A stretch of DNA of 64,000 bases from an uncultured Clostridia bacterium (GTDB taxonomy: Bacteria > Bacillota > Clostridia > TANB77 > CAG-508), in NCBI GenBank assembly GCA_963558395.1, contig CAUWGE010000002.1, positions 899 to 64,898 on the forward strand. The letters run 5' to 3'. Below the pieces are notes generated by a model. It was not told the origin of the DNA, ran no database searches, and saw only the letters and a list, made by a program, of their open reading frames with translations. A program made the translations under genes and the position numbers. Below are positions 1 through 10,114 of this stretch, in pieces (position 1 is the stretch's first letter; every line of letters begins with the position of its first letter).

Positions 1-6
1 TTAAAT

Positions 7-207
7 ATGAATAAATTAAAAATACCAAAAAATCATAGTGGAATTAGTAAAACTTTAAGATTACCAGAAAATATAGTAGATGATGTACAAAATCTTGCGG
101 ATTTAAAAAATTTATCATTTAATAAAGTGGTAATATCTCTATTAGAATTTAGCTTAAATAATTTAGACGAAAAAGATAAAGAAGAATTAGAGAAATTACA
201 ACAATAA
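7..207 (+). CDS. small hypothetical protein, possible ribbon-helix-helix DNA-binding fold
   Basis: 66-aa ORF. The beta-strand-like 'TLRLP' followed by two short helices resembles CopG/Arc-type proteins. Inference from the sequence pattern only. Confidence 0.3.
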   Translation: MNKLKIPKNHSGISKTLRLPENIVDDVQNLADLKNLSFNKVVISLLEFSLNNLDEKDKEELEKLQQ

Positions 208-213
208 TATCAC

Positions 214-240
214 AAAATAGGCCATAGGCCTATTTTTAAT
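214..240. terminator. bidirectional rho-independent terminator between convergent genes
   Basis: Palindrome AAAATAGGCC-ata-GGCCTATTTTT lies between the 3' ends of ORF 7..207 (+) and ORF 236..490 (-). Confidence 0.5.
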
Positions 241-490
241 ATATATTAATAATTATATCGTTATCCAAAAATAATACAATTTTTTTATCTTCTGCTTGTA
301 TATTATATACTTGATTCAAATTTATTTCAGTGTAATTTTTATTTTCCTCATCTTTCATATTTAAAATATCTGCTTTTATAAAGTAATTAAAATTATTTAA
401 TAAATAATTAGTTTTAAAAAAACCACTAATAGAAATAGTAACATTTTTACTTATATATTTGTCCAATTCCATTTTTAAATCCAAATTCAT
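236..490 (-). CDS. hypothetical protein
   Basis: ORF on the minus strand. The best start is the ATG at 490-488, preceded by GGAGG (MNLDLKMELDK...). No recognisable domain. Confidence 0.35.
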   Translation of the reverse strand: MNLDLKMELDKYISKNVTISISGFFKTNYLLNNFNYFIKADILNMKDEENKNYTEINLNQVYNIQAEDKKIVLFLDNDIIINIY

Positions 491-605
491 AATTAACTCC
501 TTCCAAAATATAAACTTAATATTATTGTGTGAATTTCTTGTTTTATTATACAGTATTAAAACAAAAAATAAATCCAATAAAAATAATTGATAAAATAAAT
601 TATAT

Positions 606-893
606 ATGATAGTATTAAGAAAAAAAGGACGATATATAATGGATGAAAAAGAAGAATTGGAAAAATGGAATAATGACAGACTAAGAGAGCAAGAAGAAAA
701 ACTAGGATTTGATTTAGAAAGTATTGACTATGAAGAAGAGGAAAAAAGGTCTAAAAAACTAGGTAAAAGAATGAAGAGGCTAGAAAAAATATTTAGGATT
801 TTTTCTATTATAATATATGCTGTTGTAATTATAGGCGTGATAATATTTACAATTAGTATGTATGAATCTGCAAAAAGAAAATGGGGAATTTAA
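606..893 (+). CDS. hypothetical membrane-anchored protein (charged N-terminus, C-terminal TM helix)
   Basis: 95-aa ORF with an E/K-rich N-terminal half and a hydrophobic C-terminal segment, IFRIFSIIIYAVVIIGVIIFTI. Confidence 0.35.
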   Translation: MIVLRKKGRYIMDEKEELEKWNNDRLREQEEKLGFDLESIDYEEEEKRSKKLGKRMKRLEKIFRIFSIIIYAVVIIGVIIFTISMYESAKRKWGI

Positions 894-1003
894 AAATACT
901 AATACCAAAAATGTAAATATATGCAAAAAAATGAAAATATAGTATAATATTGTCAAAAGGAGTAAGTAACAGATGATAAAAAACGCTGAAAGCCTTGGGG
1001 CTG

Positions 1004-1024
1004 TATATATATATATATATATAT
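1004..1024. repeat. (TA)10 dinucleotide microsatellite inside an 18-codon upstream ORF (973..1029)
   Basis: A perfect tatatatatatatatatatat tract. The ATG at 973 with an AAGGAG site 9 nt upstream gives the peptide MIKNAESLGAVYIYIYIS. Confidence 0.6.
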
Positions 1025-1060
1025 CGTAAGTTCTAACGAAATAGAGTTATGTAAACGTAG

Positions 1061-1102
1061 AAAAGCTATGTGTTTTAGGTGTACCTAAAATGCATAGCTT
1101 TT
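1061..1102. promoter_or_regulatory. 42-bp near-perfect nested palindrome followed by a T-run (terminator/attenuator or operator) upstream of the SPFH operon
   Basis: AAAAGCTATG-tg-TTTTAGGT|gt|ACCTAAAA-tg-CATAGCTTTT, followed by TTT. Confidence 0.45.
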
Positions 1103-1168
1103 TAGCGTTAAAATCCTTTTTTATAGAAAATTAAAATATAAAAAATATTAAAAAAATAAGGAGGAATT

Positions 1169-2479
1169 ATGGGATTTATTAAAGCATTTGCAGGAAGTTT
1201 AGGAGGAGCACTAGGAGAGCAATGGCAGGACTTTTTTGTTCCAATGCCAAATGTACCAGGAACGGCAGGAATTTTTAGAGCAATAAAAAGAGAAACGAAT
1301 AGTGGAAGGGGTTCAAATACAGAAGGGTCAGCAAATATTATTACAAATGGAAGTAAAATTATTGTACCTGAAGGAACAGCATTAGTAACAATGCAAGATG
1401 GAGGAATAACAGGATTAATAACAGAACCAGGAGGATTTATATTTACTTCATCAGATCCAAACTCAAAATCTATGTTTGCAGGAAATGGAATATTATCTTC
1501 AACATTTGGGCAAAGCTGGGAAAGATTTAAATTTGGAGGACAACCAGGAGTAGAACAGTTAGCATTCTATGTAAATTTGAAAGAAATACCAAACAATAGG
1601 TTTGGTACGCAGTCAGAAATATATTGGGATGATGCATATTTAAATGCTCAAGTAGGAGCTATAACAAGAGGAACATATACTTTAAGAATATTAGACCCAA
1701 TATTATTTATAAAGAATTTTGTACCAGCAAAATATCTACAAGCAAATTCGCCAGTATTTGACTTTGCAGATATGGACAATGATGCAGGAGCACAACTATT
1801 TAATGAAGTAGTAAGTAGCTTATCAGGAGCATTTTCAAATTATACAAATGATCCAAGCAAAGGAAATCGTATAACAAGAATACAAGGAGACCAAATCGGA
1901 TTTGCACAATCATTGTCAAAAGCAGTAGAAGATGGATATTCATGGAGAACCGATAGAGGATTAGAAATTGTAAAAGTAGCAATTCAAACAATTGAATATG
2001 ATGAAGATACAAGAAGATTACTAAGTGATGTAAAAAAAGCAGATGCTTTATCTGGTGCAAGAGGAAACTCATTTATGCAACAATCAGTAGCAAGAGGAAT
2101 GCAAGCAGCAGGAGAAAATCCAAATGGAGGAATTGGTGCAATGGCATTTATGGGAATGGGTGCTAATTCGGTAGGAATAGGAGGACTTAACCAACCTACA
2201 AATCAAGGAGTAATAGGAATTCAAAATCCAAATTTAGCTCCAAATCAAGTACAAAATCCAAACGTAGCTTCACAACAAAATATTCAAGGAGTTCAAGCAA
2301 ATAATCCTATAAATCAAATGCCAAGTGAGCCAGCAGAAAGTAATATGAATGGTCAGCCTGTAAATGTGCAGGAGGAAGACCCTTATGAGAAACTATCTAA
2401 ATTTAAAAAAATGCTAGATGAAGGATTAATTACTCAGGAAGACTATGACGCTCAAAAAAAGAAAATCTTGGGGGTATAA
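1169..2479 (+). CDS. SPFH/band-7-like 'virion core protein-like' protein with a C-terminal SHOCT domain (YdjI-like)
   Basis: The N-terminus MGFIKAFAGSLGG... is typical of the COG4260/YdjI family. There is a Q/N/P-rich linker. The C-terminus KLSKFKKMLDEGLITQEDYDAQKKKILG matches the SHOCT motif. Strong RBS AAGGAGG. Confidence 0.7.
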   Translation: MGFIKAFAGSLGGALGEQWQDFFVPMPNVPGTAGIFRAIKRETNSGRGSNTEGSANIITNGSKIIVPEGTALVTMQDGGITGLITEPGGFIFTSSDPNSKSMFAGNGILSSTFGQSWERFKFGGQPGVEQLAFYVNLKEIPNNRFGTQSEIYWDDAYLNAQVGAITRGTYTLRILDPILFIKNFVPAKYLQANSPVFDFADMDNDAGAQLFNEVVSSLSGAFSNYTNDPSKGNRITRIQGDQIGFAQSLSKAVEDGYSWRTDRGLEIVKVAIQTIEYDEDTRRLLSDVKKADALSGARGNSFMQQSVARGMQAAGENPNGGIGAMAFMGMGANSVGIGGLNQPTNQGVIGIQNPNLAPNQVQNPNVASQQNIQGVQANNPINQMPSEPAESNMNGQPVNVQEEDPYEKLSKFKKMLDEGLITQEDYDAQKKKILGV

Positions 2480-2487
2480 AATAGAAG

Positions 2488-3924
2488 ATGGAAATAATGC
2501 AAGGAGTAAAAGGCGAGCCTAAAATAGTACAAACAGATATAGAATCACAAGATGGGCAAAATAAATGTCCAAGATGTGGAGCAACAGATATTGCCCTGAA
2601 TGCAAAAACAGGACTTCTTAGATGCAATTATTGTAGATATGAATTTTTACCAGAAAAGGTGAAAGGATTAGAAACAAATATAAGCGAAATCAGAGGAGAG
2701 ATTATAGGTTCTGGCGCCAAAGATATAGATGATAGCGAAAATCAAAAAAGCAATGTAAAAACATTTAAATGTAGTAGCTGCGGTGCAGAAGTTGTTATTG
2801 ACGGAAATGAAACAACTCAAGCAAGATGCCACTGGTGCAGAAATACATTATCACTAAATAGTCAAATTCCAAATGGAGCAATACCGGATGTTTTACTACC
2901 ATTTAAACTTACAAAAGAAGAGGCGAAAACACAGATAGAAGAATTTGTAGGAAAAAGAAAATTTTATGCACATCCTAAATTTAAAGAGGAATTTAGCCTA
3001 GATAATATTATGGGAGTATACTTTCCATATATGTTAGTAGATGTAAATGGACACGCACATTTTGAAGGATATGGAGAACATGAAGTTAGAAAATATTTTG
3101 TAAGAAGAGGAGATAATAGAGAACTTAACTATGATGCAGATTTATATGAAATAGAAAGAGATTTTGACTTAAGCATTCAGGACATATCAGTAGAATCTAA
3201 TTCAGATAGGCTAAATAAAGAAAATAATGAAAAAACAAATAATGTTATAAATTCAATAATGCCATTCGATACAGAAAACTGTGTAAGATATAATGCTAAC
3301 TATCTAAAAGGATATACTTCAGAAAAAAGAGATACAAACATAGAAGATTTAAGAAAAATAGTAGATGTACAAAGCAAGGATATTTCAAGGTTTGCAGCAA
3401 ACGATACAATAAAAAAATATGACCGTGGAGTAAACTGGAAAAAACAAGAATTAGATGTAAAAGGAAGGCAATGGAAAACAGCGTATTTGCCAGTATGGCT
3501 TTACAGTTATCAAGAGAAAAAAGAAGATAAGAGCATAATGCATTATGTAGCCGTAAATGCTAGAACTAAGGAAACAATGGGAAGTGTACCAATACATATC
3601 CCTAAATTAATTGGAATGTCTGCGCTAGTAGAATTACTAGGAATTATATTAATGCTTATAGTTGACGTATCTTGGAGTTTTCTATTTGCAATGCTAGGAT
3701 TCATATACTTTTTGATAGTATATTTAAAATATAGAAATACAAATGCTAGACATCATCACGAAATAGAGACAAAAAGAAATATAATTAATCTGAGACAAAA
3801 AGACCAATTAATAAAACATAAAACAGGGCTTAGAAATTCAAAAATGGTAGATTCAAATAATATGGAAGTAACTGGTCAAAATGTGGTTGGAGATGTGGTA
3901 AACAAATTTACCAATATGCTTTAA
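2488..3924 (+). CDS. zinc-ribbon domain membrane protein (YdjG-like partner of the SPFH protein)
   Basis: Two CxxC...CxxC zinc ribbons (CPRCG...CNYCRY and CSSCG...CHWCRN). C-terminal TM helices. Starts 9 bp after the SPFH gene. Confidence 0.55.
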   Translation: MEIMQGVKGEPKIVQTDIESQDGQNKCPRCGATDIALNAKTGLLRCNYCRYEFLPEKVKGLETNISEIRGEIIGSGAKDIDDSENQKSNVKTFKCSSCGAEVVIDGNETTQARCHWCRNTLSLNSQIPNGAIPDVLLPFKLTKEEAKTQIEEFVGKRKFYAHPKFKEEFSLDNIMGVYFPYMLVDVNGHAHFEGYGEHEVRKYFVRRGDNRELNYDADLYEIERDFDLSIQDISVESNSDRLNKENNEKTNNVINSIMPFDTENCVRYNANYLKGYTSEKRDTNIEDLRKIVDVQSKDISRFAANDTIKKYDRGVNWKKQELDVKGRQWKTAYLPVWLYSYQEKKEDKSIMHYVAVNARTKETMGSVPIHIPKLIGMSALVELLGIILMLIVDVSWSFLFAMLGFIYFLIVYLKYRNTNARHHHEIETKRNIINLRQKDQLIKHKTGLRNSKMVDSNNMEVTGQNVVGDVVNKFTNML

Positions 3925-3949
3925 TATATGAACAAAGGGGGGAGAAAAA

Positions 3950-4429
3950 GTGGAAAAAATTATAGAAAAATGTAAAAATACAAAAATACTAGGAGTAATT
4001 GGAGCAATATGTTTAATATTAGGTATGTTTTTACCATATATATCTTTTCATTACTTTGGATACACAAGTTCAATAAAGTTATGTAACTTTTGGCAAGGAA
4101 ACACAATTTTATTCTTAGCCATATTGAATTTGCTATTTATATGCAAAGATTTTATAGAAGAAAAAATACCAAATATCTTTAACAATGAATTTGGAGAAAA
4201 AATAAAAACAGTTAATAATCAAAAATTAACATTAATAGCAACAGTTGGTGCAGCAATTCTTGCACTATACCTAACATGGGGATGGGGACTAGAATTATTT
4301 AAAAATTATAGTATTGGATTTTATTTGCTATGGATAGGAATAATACTTTTAGTAATTTATGCTTTTGTATATAAAGAAGGAAATAAGGAAGTAACAAATA
4401 TTAATCAATATCAAACAAATATAAAATAA
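3950..4429 (+). CDS. small integral membrane protein (YdjH-like position in the operon)
   Basis: 159 aa with four predicted TM segments, directly after the zinc-ribbon gene. Confidence 0.4.
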   Translation: MEKIIEKCKNTKILGVIGAICLILGMFLPYISFHYFGYTSSIKLCNFWQGNTILFLAILNLLFICKDFIEEKIPNIFNNEFGEKIKTVNNQKLTLIATVGAAILALYLTWGWGLELFKNYSIGFYLLWIGIILLVIYAFVYKEGNKEVTNINQYQTNIK

Positions 4430-4468
4430 ATTTTAAAGTATATCAAAGGTTGTAGAAAGGATAAAATT

Positions 4469-5786
4469 ATGAATAAAGTAAAATATTTTATAATAACAAT
4501 AATTAGCATAATAGCAATAATGATGATTCCTGGAATAGTAAATGCAGAATCAAAAGTTACAGTAACTAGGAACATATATTCAAATTTAGGAAGTATGAAA
4601 TTTACATTTAAAGGTTTAAAATTAGACATGACTCATGAATATTTATTTGGACTTACAAAAACAGTAGCAGAAGAAATAAAGTCATGGTTTTCAATAACAG
4701 AATATACTGAATCAAATGCAGTAGTAGATGTAACAACAACAACAAGAGAACTAAGAAATGTTATAAATGCAGTAGATAAAGGATATATAACAATAAAAGA
4801 TAAAACAACGGATACCATTGTACTAAAACCATATGGAGTAGATTTGAAAATACCATTTTTAAGAGTTACTAATTATACTGTAATACCTAATGGAAAGGAA
4901 TTTGATCCATCCGGTGAAAGAGTTCAATTAGCAATAAGGAATGCCCATAATAGTAATATGTACTACCAATATGAAAAGATAACAGATGAAAATATTATAA
5001 AAAAATATAAAGAAAGCAAATGGAGATTTCTTAGAATTAGAAAATTTATTAAAAACTGTACCTCCAGAGTCTAATTGGACAGAATGGGATTTGTGGAATG
5101 GATATGACACTCAAACAGGAATGAATGGATTTGGATATCCAGAACGTAAAGTAGCTGTACCAGATAGTGGACTATATTATATGTGGGTATACAATTCTGG
5201 AAATAATTTGAAAAATATATATGGATATATATTAGTAGATAATTTACAACCAGATATTAATTTAGAAGCAATTTCTTTACCTGCAACAGAAAAAGTTGAA
5301 TTGGGAAAAACTCTAACATTAAAACCAACATTTAATCCATCTAATGCTACAAATAAAATTGTAAAATGGAGCTCAAGTAATGAAGATGTTGCAACTGTTG
5401 ACAATGGAGGAAAAGTAACACCAAAAAAACTTGGTTCAACAGTTATAACAGTAATATCAGAAGATGGAAATAGAAAAGCAACCTGTACAGTTACAGTAGT
5501 AGCAAAACAAGAAAACAATAATGGAAATTCGGGAAGCAACAATTCAGAAAATAACAATAATGGTGGCAACACTGGAAATAATAACAACCAAAACAATGGA
5601 AGTCAAAACAATAGCGGAGGATTTGGTAATAATCAAAACGATAAAAAAGACCCAACAGTGGCAGATAAAGAAATTCCGCAAACAGGAGAAAAAATAGTTG
5701 TAGCAGGATTAACAGCTCTTACTGGAATAGTAGTACTTGGAATAGTTGCATATCACAATGAAAGAAAACTAAAAGATATAAAATAG
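4469..5786 (+). pseudogene. sortase-anchored (IPQTG) surface protein with a Big_2 Ig-like domain and N/G-rich stalk, split by a frameshift at an A7 tract
   Basis: ORF 4469..5074 carries the signal peptide. Frame 0 is open from 5001 and runs into ORF 5091..5786, which ends ...EIPQTGEKIVVAGL... plus a TM helix and KLKDIK. One extra A in the A7 run at 4999-5005 would fuse the two ORFs. Confidence 0.6.
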
Positions 5787-5962
5787 AGCATATATTAAAC
5801 AAATTTGTAAATTAGATTCTAGAAGACGAGGGAATGAACTCTGTATTATGCAGGGATCATTCCTTTTAAATATGCTTTTTTACAGTTATAAGCAAACGAA
5901 AAGTAACAAAAAACACATATTTACATAAAATATATAAGACAGAAGTTTATATGGAGGTAAAT

Positions 5963-6712
5963 ATGTCAAAAACAATTTTAGAAGTAAAAAATCTAGGAAA
6001 AACATATCAAGCAGAAAATGGAGAGATAGAGGCTTTAAAAAATATAAGCTTTAAAGAAAAAGAAGGAGAATTTGTTAGCATAATAGGTCCTAGTGGATGT
6101 GGTAAATCGACTCTTTTATCTATAATAGCAGGACTAGAAAGTAAGAGTTTAGGAGAGAGCTACATAGATGGAAAAGTAGGATATATGCTACAAAAAGATA
6201 ACTTATTAGAATGGAGAACTATATATAAAAATGTTTTGTTAGGATTAGAAATTCAAAATATAAATACAGCAGAAAATAGAAAATATGCAGAGGACCTTTT
6301 AAAAAAATATGGACTATATGAATTTAAAAACAAATATCCGAATCAACTATCAGGAGGAATGAGACAAAGGGTAGCATTAATAAGAACGCTTGCAATAAGG
6401 CCAAAAGTATTGCTATTAGATGAAGCATTTTCAGCACTAGATTATCAAACAAGACTAATGGTTACGAATGATATATATAAAATACTAAAGAATGAAAATA
6501 TAACAGTGCTAATGGTAACACATGATATATCTGAAGCTATATCTATGTCGGATAGAATAATAGTTTTAACAAATAGACCAGCTTCTATAAAAAATATTCA
6601 TGAGATAAATTTTGGAATAAAAGAAAGAACCCCCTTAAATTGTAGGGAAAGTCCAAAATTTAGTGAATATTTTAATATTTTGTGGAAGGAGCTAGATGGA
6701 CATGAAAAATAA
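5963..6712 (+). CDS. ABC transporter ATP-binding protein (NitT/TauT, SsuB-like)
   Basis: Walker A GPSGCGKST, signature LSGGMRQR, Walker B LLLDEAFSALD. GGAGG precedes the ATG at 5963. Confidence 0.85.
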   Translation: MSKTILEVKNLGKTYQAENGEIEALKNISFKEKEGEFVSIIGPSGCGKSTLLSIIAGLESKSLGESYIDGKVGYMLQKDNLLEWRTIYKNVLLGLEIQNINTAENRKYAEDLLKKYGLYEFKNKYPNQLSGGMRQRVALIRTLAIRPKVLLLDEAFSALDYQTRLMVTNDIYKILKNENITVLMVTHDISEAISMSDRIIVLTNRPASIKNIHEINFGIKERTPLNCRESPKFSEYFNILWKELDGHEK

Positions 6713-7515
6713 TAAAGACAAAATAGAAAAAATTTCAGAAGAAAGAAAAAATTATTTATCAAAAGTAAAAAACAGAAAACTTACAATAATATTAACACAA
6801 ATAGGAATTATAATTGCGTTTATAGCATTATGGGAAATATTAGCTAGGTTAGGAAAGATAGACAGCTTTATAATGAGCCAGCCATCAAGAATAGTAAAAA
6901 CATTTTTAAATTTGTCGTCTAATGATTTACTAAAACATGTTGCTATAACGGTTTTAGAAACCATTGTACGGATTTACTTTAGGAACAGTGCTAGGAGTAA
7001 TAATTGCTGTTATTTTATGGTGGTCTCCATTTATATCTAAAGTGTCTGAACCATTTTTAGTAGTATTAAATAGTCTTCCAAAGGTAGCGTTAGGTCCCAT
7101 AATTATAATTTGGGTAGGAGCAGGAATGCCGGCAATTATAGTTATGGCATTGTTAATTTCACTAATAGTTTCTATACTAAATATACTTAATGGATTAATA
7201 AATACAGAGGAAGAAAAAATAAAGATGGCTAAAACACTAAACGCGAGTAAGTGGCAAATTCTTACTAAAATAGTTTTACCATCTAATTTTAAAACTATTT
7301 TTAATACACTAAAAGTAAATATTGGGCTATCTTTAGTTGGTGTAATTTCAGGAGAATTTTTAGTATCAAAAGGAGGTCTGGGATACTTAATAGTATATGG
7401 CGGCCAAGTATTTAAACTAGACTTAGTTATGACTAGTGTAATAATTTTAGGAATAGTAGCAGCTCTTATGTATGAAGGTGTTGAGCTATTAGAAAAGAAA
7501 GTATTTAAGGAATAA
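6696..7515 (+). pseudogene. ABC transporter permease (SsuC/TauC-like), frameshifted near 6960-6970
   Basis: ORF 6696..7040 reads as a permease N-terminus up to ...HVAITVLETIV, then turns to nonsense. ORF 6964..7515, in the +1 frame, continues with GFTLGTVLGVIIAVILWW... and the permease core. Confidence 0.6.
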
Positions 7516-7535
7516 GTATAAATAGGAGGAATGAT

Positions 7536-8549
7536 ATGAGCAGAAAAAAAACAATTTTATTTGAATTATTAATACTTATAATAATTGTTTTACAAATAGT
7601 TTTTATTTTTAAAATAAGAAATTCAAAAGAAGAGAATTTAAAAAGTGTAAAACTAAATGAAGTGACAAGGTCGGTTTTCTATGCACCTCAATATGTAGCA
7701 ATAGCAAATGGATATTTTGAAGAAGAGGGAATAAGTTTAGAAATTACAACAGGGCAAGGAGCTGACAACGTAATGACAGCTATTCTTTCAGGTCAAAGTG
7801 ATATTGGTTTATGTGGACCAGAAGCAGCAATTTACGTATATAATGAAGGAAAAGAAGATTATGCACAAATATTTAGTCAGCTTACTAAAAAAGACGGTTC
7901 ATTTTTAGTAGCAAGGGAAGAAACAAAAAATTTTTCTTGGAATGATTTGATGGGAAAAACAGTAATTCCAGGAAGAAAAGGAGGAGTACCATATATGACA
8001 TTAGAATATGTTCTAAAGCAAAATGGCATAAACCCAAAAACAGATGTAATTTTAGATGATAGCATAAAATTTGACCTTATGGCAGGAGCATTTTCAGCAG
8101 GAAATGCAGACTATGTAACACTTTTTGAACCAACTGCGTCAGGAACAGTAGCAGCAGGAAAAGGATATATTGTAACATCAATAGGTAAAGAAGCAGGAGA
8201 AATACCATATACAGCATATTGTGCAAAGAAAAGTTATATAAATGAAAATGGGGATACAATTTTAGGATTCACAAGAGCAATATACAAAGGAGAACAATGG
8301 GTAAAAGAACATACAGAAAAGGAAATAGGAGAAAAAATCCAAAAATTTTTTCCAGATACAACGCTAGAATCGCTAGAACAATCTATAAAAAGTTATAAAG
8401 AGATAGATGCTTGGTGTAGTGAGCCATATCTAAAAGAAGAAGCGTTTAATAAGCTTCAAGATATAATGAAAGAAGCTGGCGAATTAAAAGAAAAAGCTCC
8501 TTATGAGAAAATAGTAAATAACAATTTTGCGAACAAAGTAAAAGAATAA
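7536..8549 (+). CDS. ABC transporter substrate-binding protein (NMT1/THI5, SsuA/TauA family)
   Basis: N-terminal signal/anchor. Resembles periplasmic-binding-protein-like NMT1 proteins. Third gene of the ABC operon. Confidence 0.75.
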   Translation: MSRKKTILFELLILIIIVLQIVFIFKIRNSKEENLKSVKLNEVTRSVFYAPQYVAIANGYFEEEGISLEITTGQGADNVMTAILSGQSDIGLCGPEAAIYVYNEGKEDYAQIFSQLTKKDGSFLVAREETKNFSWNDLMGKTVIPGRKGGVPYMTLEYVLKQNGINPKTDVILDDSIKFDLMAGAFSAGNADYVTLFEPTASGTVAAGKGYIVTSIGKEAGEIPYTAYCAKKSYINENGDTILGFTRAIYKGEQWVKEHTEKEIGEKIQKFFPDTTLESLEQSIKSYKEIDAWCSEPYLKEEAFNKLQDIMKEAGELKEKAPYEKIVNNNFANKVKE

Positions 8550-8628
8550 ATAAAATTCAAAAAAGCCCTATATATCCTATGATATAAGGGCTTTTAAGAT
8601 GTTTGCTAAGAAGCAAACATAAAGATTG

Positions 8629-8877
8629 TTACTTTTCTTTAGACATTTCTATGATTTTTCTTCTGGCAACTATAAGAGACATTTCGGCTATCTTTACTTT
8701 CTCTTCGGCCTCTGACATTGAAAGACCAAGCATCATGTAGTAACCTACGACATCTGGTCTAGCCTTACGGAGAAGTGCTATAAAAAGCTCTTCAGAAATA
8801 AGACAAGAAGATTTTAATGGACAATCTGCTGAACACTCCCAACACCGTAAATTATTAGTGCAGTTAAAAGAATTCAT
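8629..8877 (-). CDS. small cysteine-rich hypothetical protein
   Basis: 82 aa starting MNSFNCTNNLRCWECSADCPLKSSC...; AAAGGAG lies 9 nt upstream. Confidence 0.4.
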   Translation of the reverse strand: MNSFNCTNNLRCWECSADCPLKSSCLISEELFIALLRKARPDVVGYYMMLGLSMSEAEEKVKIAEMSLIVARRKIIEMSKEK

Positions 8878-9037
8878 AAGTAACACTCCTTTCAGTAATT
8901 AATAAATTAATTATACTACAAATATAGGAAAATAACAAGATTCATACAAATTATGTCAACAAAAAGTTGAGAAATTTATTGCCACAATTTAACCTTGTAT
9001 GTTATAATAGATATTATGTAAAAGGAGATGAATAGTA

Positions 9038-10018
9038 ATGGCAAATATACTCGATTATGTAGATTGGAGAGGAGATCTTTCAATCAAGATAAATAAATTA
9101 AATGAATTAGATAATATGATAATGTCTAGATTATCTTATATGCCTTATTCTCTTATTGATATGAATAAAAAAGAAACAATAAAATCGTTAGGAGAAAAGT
9201 TTAAAAAAATAGATGCAGATGAATTTGGAATGCCTGGAGATAAGCCTTTAATAGAAAAATTATCTAAAAGTAACAGGTTTAAAGACATAGAAATAACAGA
9301 TTATTATTCTAATACAGTTTATGAAAAAGAAGAGCAATTTAGTGCAATAACTATACATCTACCCAATAAAGAAATATACTTATCATATTGTGGAACAGAT
9401 AATACATTAGTAGGATGGAAAGAAGACTTTAATTTGAGTTTTATGATAAATATACCAGCACAAATAGAAGGATTAAAATATGTAGAAAAAATCGCCTCAA
9501 AATATCCGAACAAAATGCATTTGGGAGGACATTCTAAAGGTGGAAATGTTGCAGTATATTCCGCAATATTTGCAAAAAAAGAAATTCAAAATCGTATAAT
9601 AGATGTAACAAACCACGATGGACCAGGATTTGATAAATCTATTATAGAAAGAGGAGAATATAAAAGAGTATTAAATAAAATTTTTACATATATACCTCAA
9701 TCTTCTATTATAGGAAGATTATTAGAACATGAGGAAAAATATAAAATAGTAAAAAGTATCCAAAAGGGAATAATGCAACATGATATTTATTCATGGCAGG
9801 TTTTAGGAACTAAATTTGTTAAATTAAATGAAGTTACTAATGGTAGTGAAATAATTAATGAAACTGTAAGAACATGGTTAAAAAATACAACAATAGAGCA
9901 AAGAGAAAATTTTATAAATATAATATATGAAATTATTTCAGCAACAAATGCTAAAACATTAAAGGAAATATCATTATCAAAATTGAAAAATATGCGGAGT
10001 TATATTAAAATCATATAG
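9038..10018 (+). CDS. Mbeg1-like/DUF2974 lipase-fold alpha/beta hydrolase family protein
   Basis: The N-terminus ILDYVDWRGDL and the GGHSKGGNVAVYSA nucleophile-elbow motif match the Mbeg1-like family. Confidence 0.6.
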   Translation: MANILDYVDWRGDLSIKINKLNELDNMIMSRLSYMPYSLIDMNKKETIKSLGEKFKKIDADEFGMPGDKPLIEKLSKSNRFKDIEITDYYSNTVYEKEEQFSAITIHLPNKEIYLSYCGTDNTLVGWKEDFNLSFMINIPAQIEGLKYVEKIASKYPNKMHLGGHSKGGNVAVYSAIFAKKEIQNRIIDVTNHDGPGFDKSIIERGEYKRVLNKIFTYIPQSSIIGRLLEHEEKYKIVKSIQKGIMQHDIYSWQVLGTKFVKLNEVTNGSEIINETVRTWLKNTTIEQRENFINIIYEIISATNAKTLKEISLSKLKNMRSYIKII

Positions 10019-10114
10019 AGATGTAAAAGAAGAAGATAAAAAAGTTATAGCAAAGATGCTACAATGTTTTATACATGCGGGAATAGAAACATTAAAAGAT
10101 AAAGGAGGAAAGCT

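Noticed and set aside
982-1109. Outer AACGCT … AGCGTT inverted hexamers flanking the (TA)n/palindrome region
   Set aside because: Only 6 bp, about 120 bp apart, and expected by chance. Not reported as a structural element.
1800-2072. Antisense ORFs inside the SPFH, zinc-ribbon, ABC and other confident genes (e.g. 1800..2072, 2430..2627, 5177..5596, 46164..46832, 62910..63272)
   Set aside because: Their leucine/phenylalanine/serine-rich translations are typical of reverse-frame artefacts of AT-rich coding DNA. All overlap well-supported genes.
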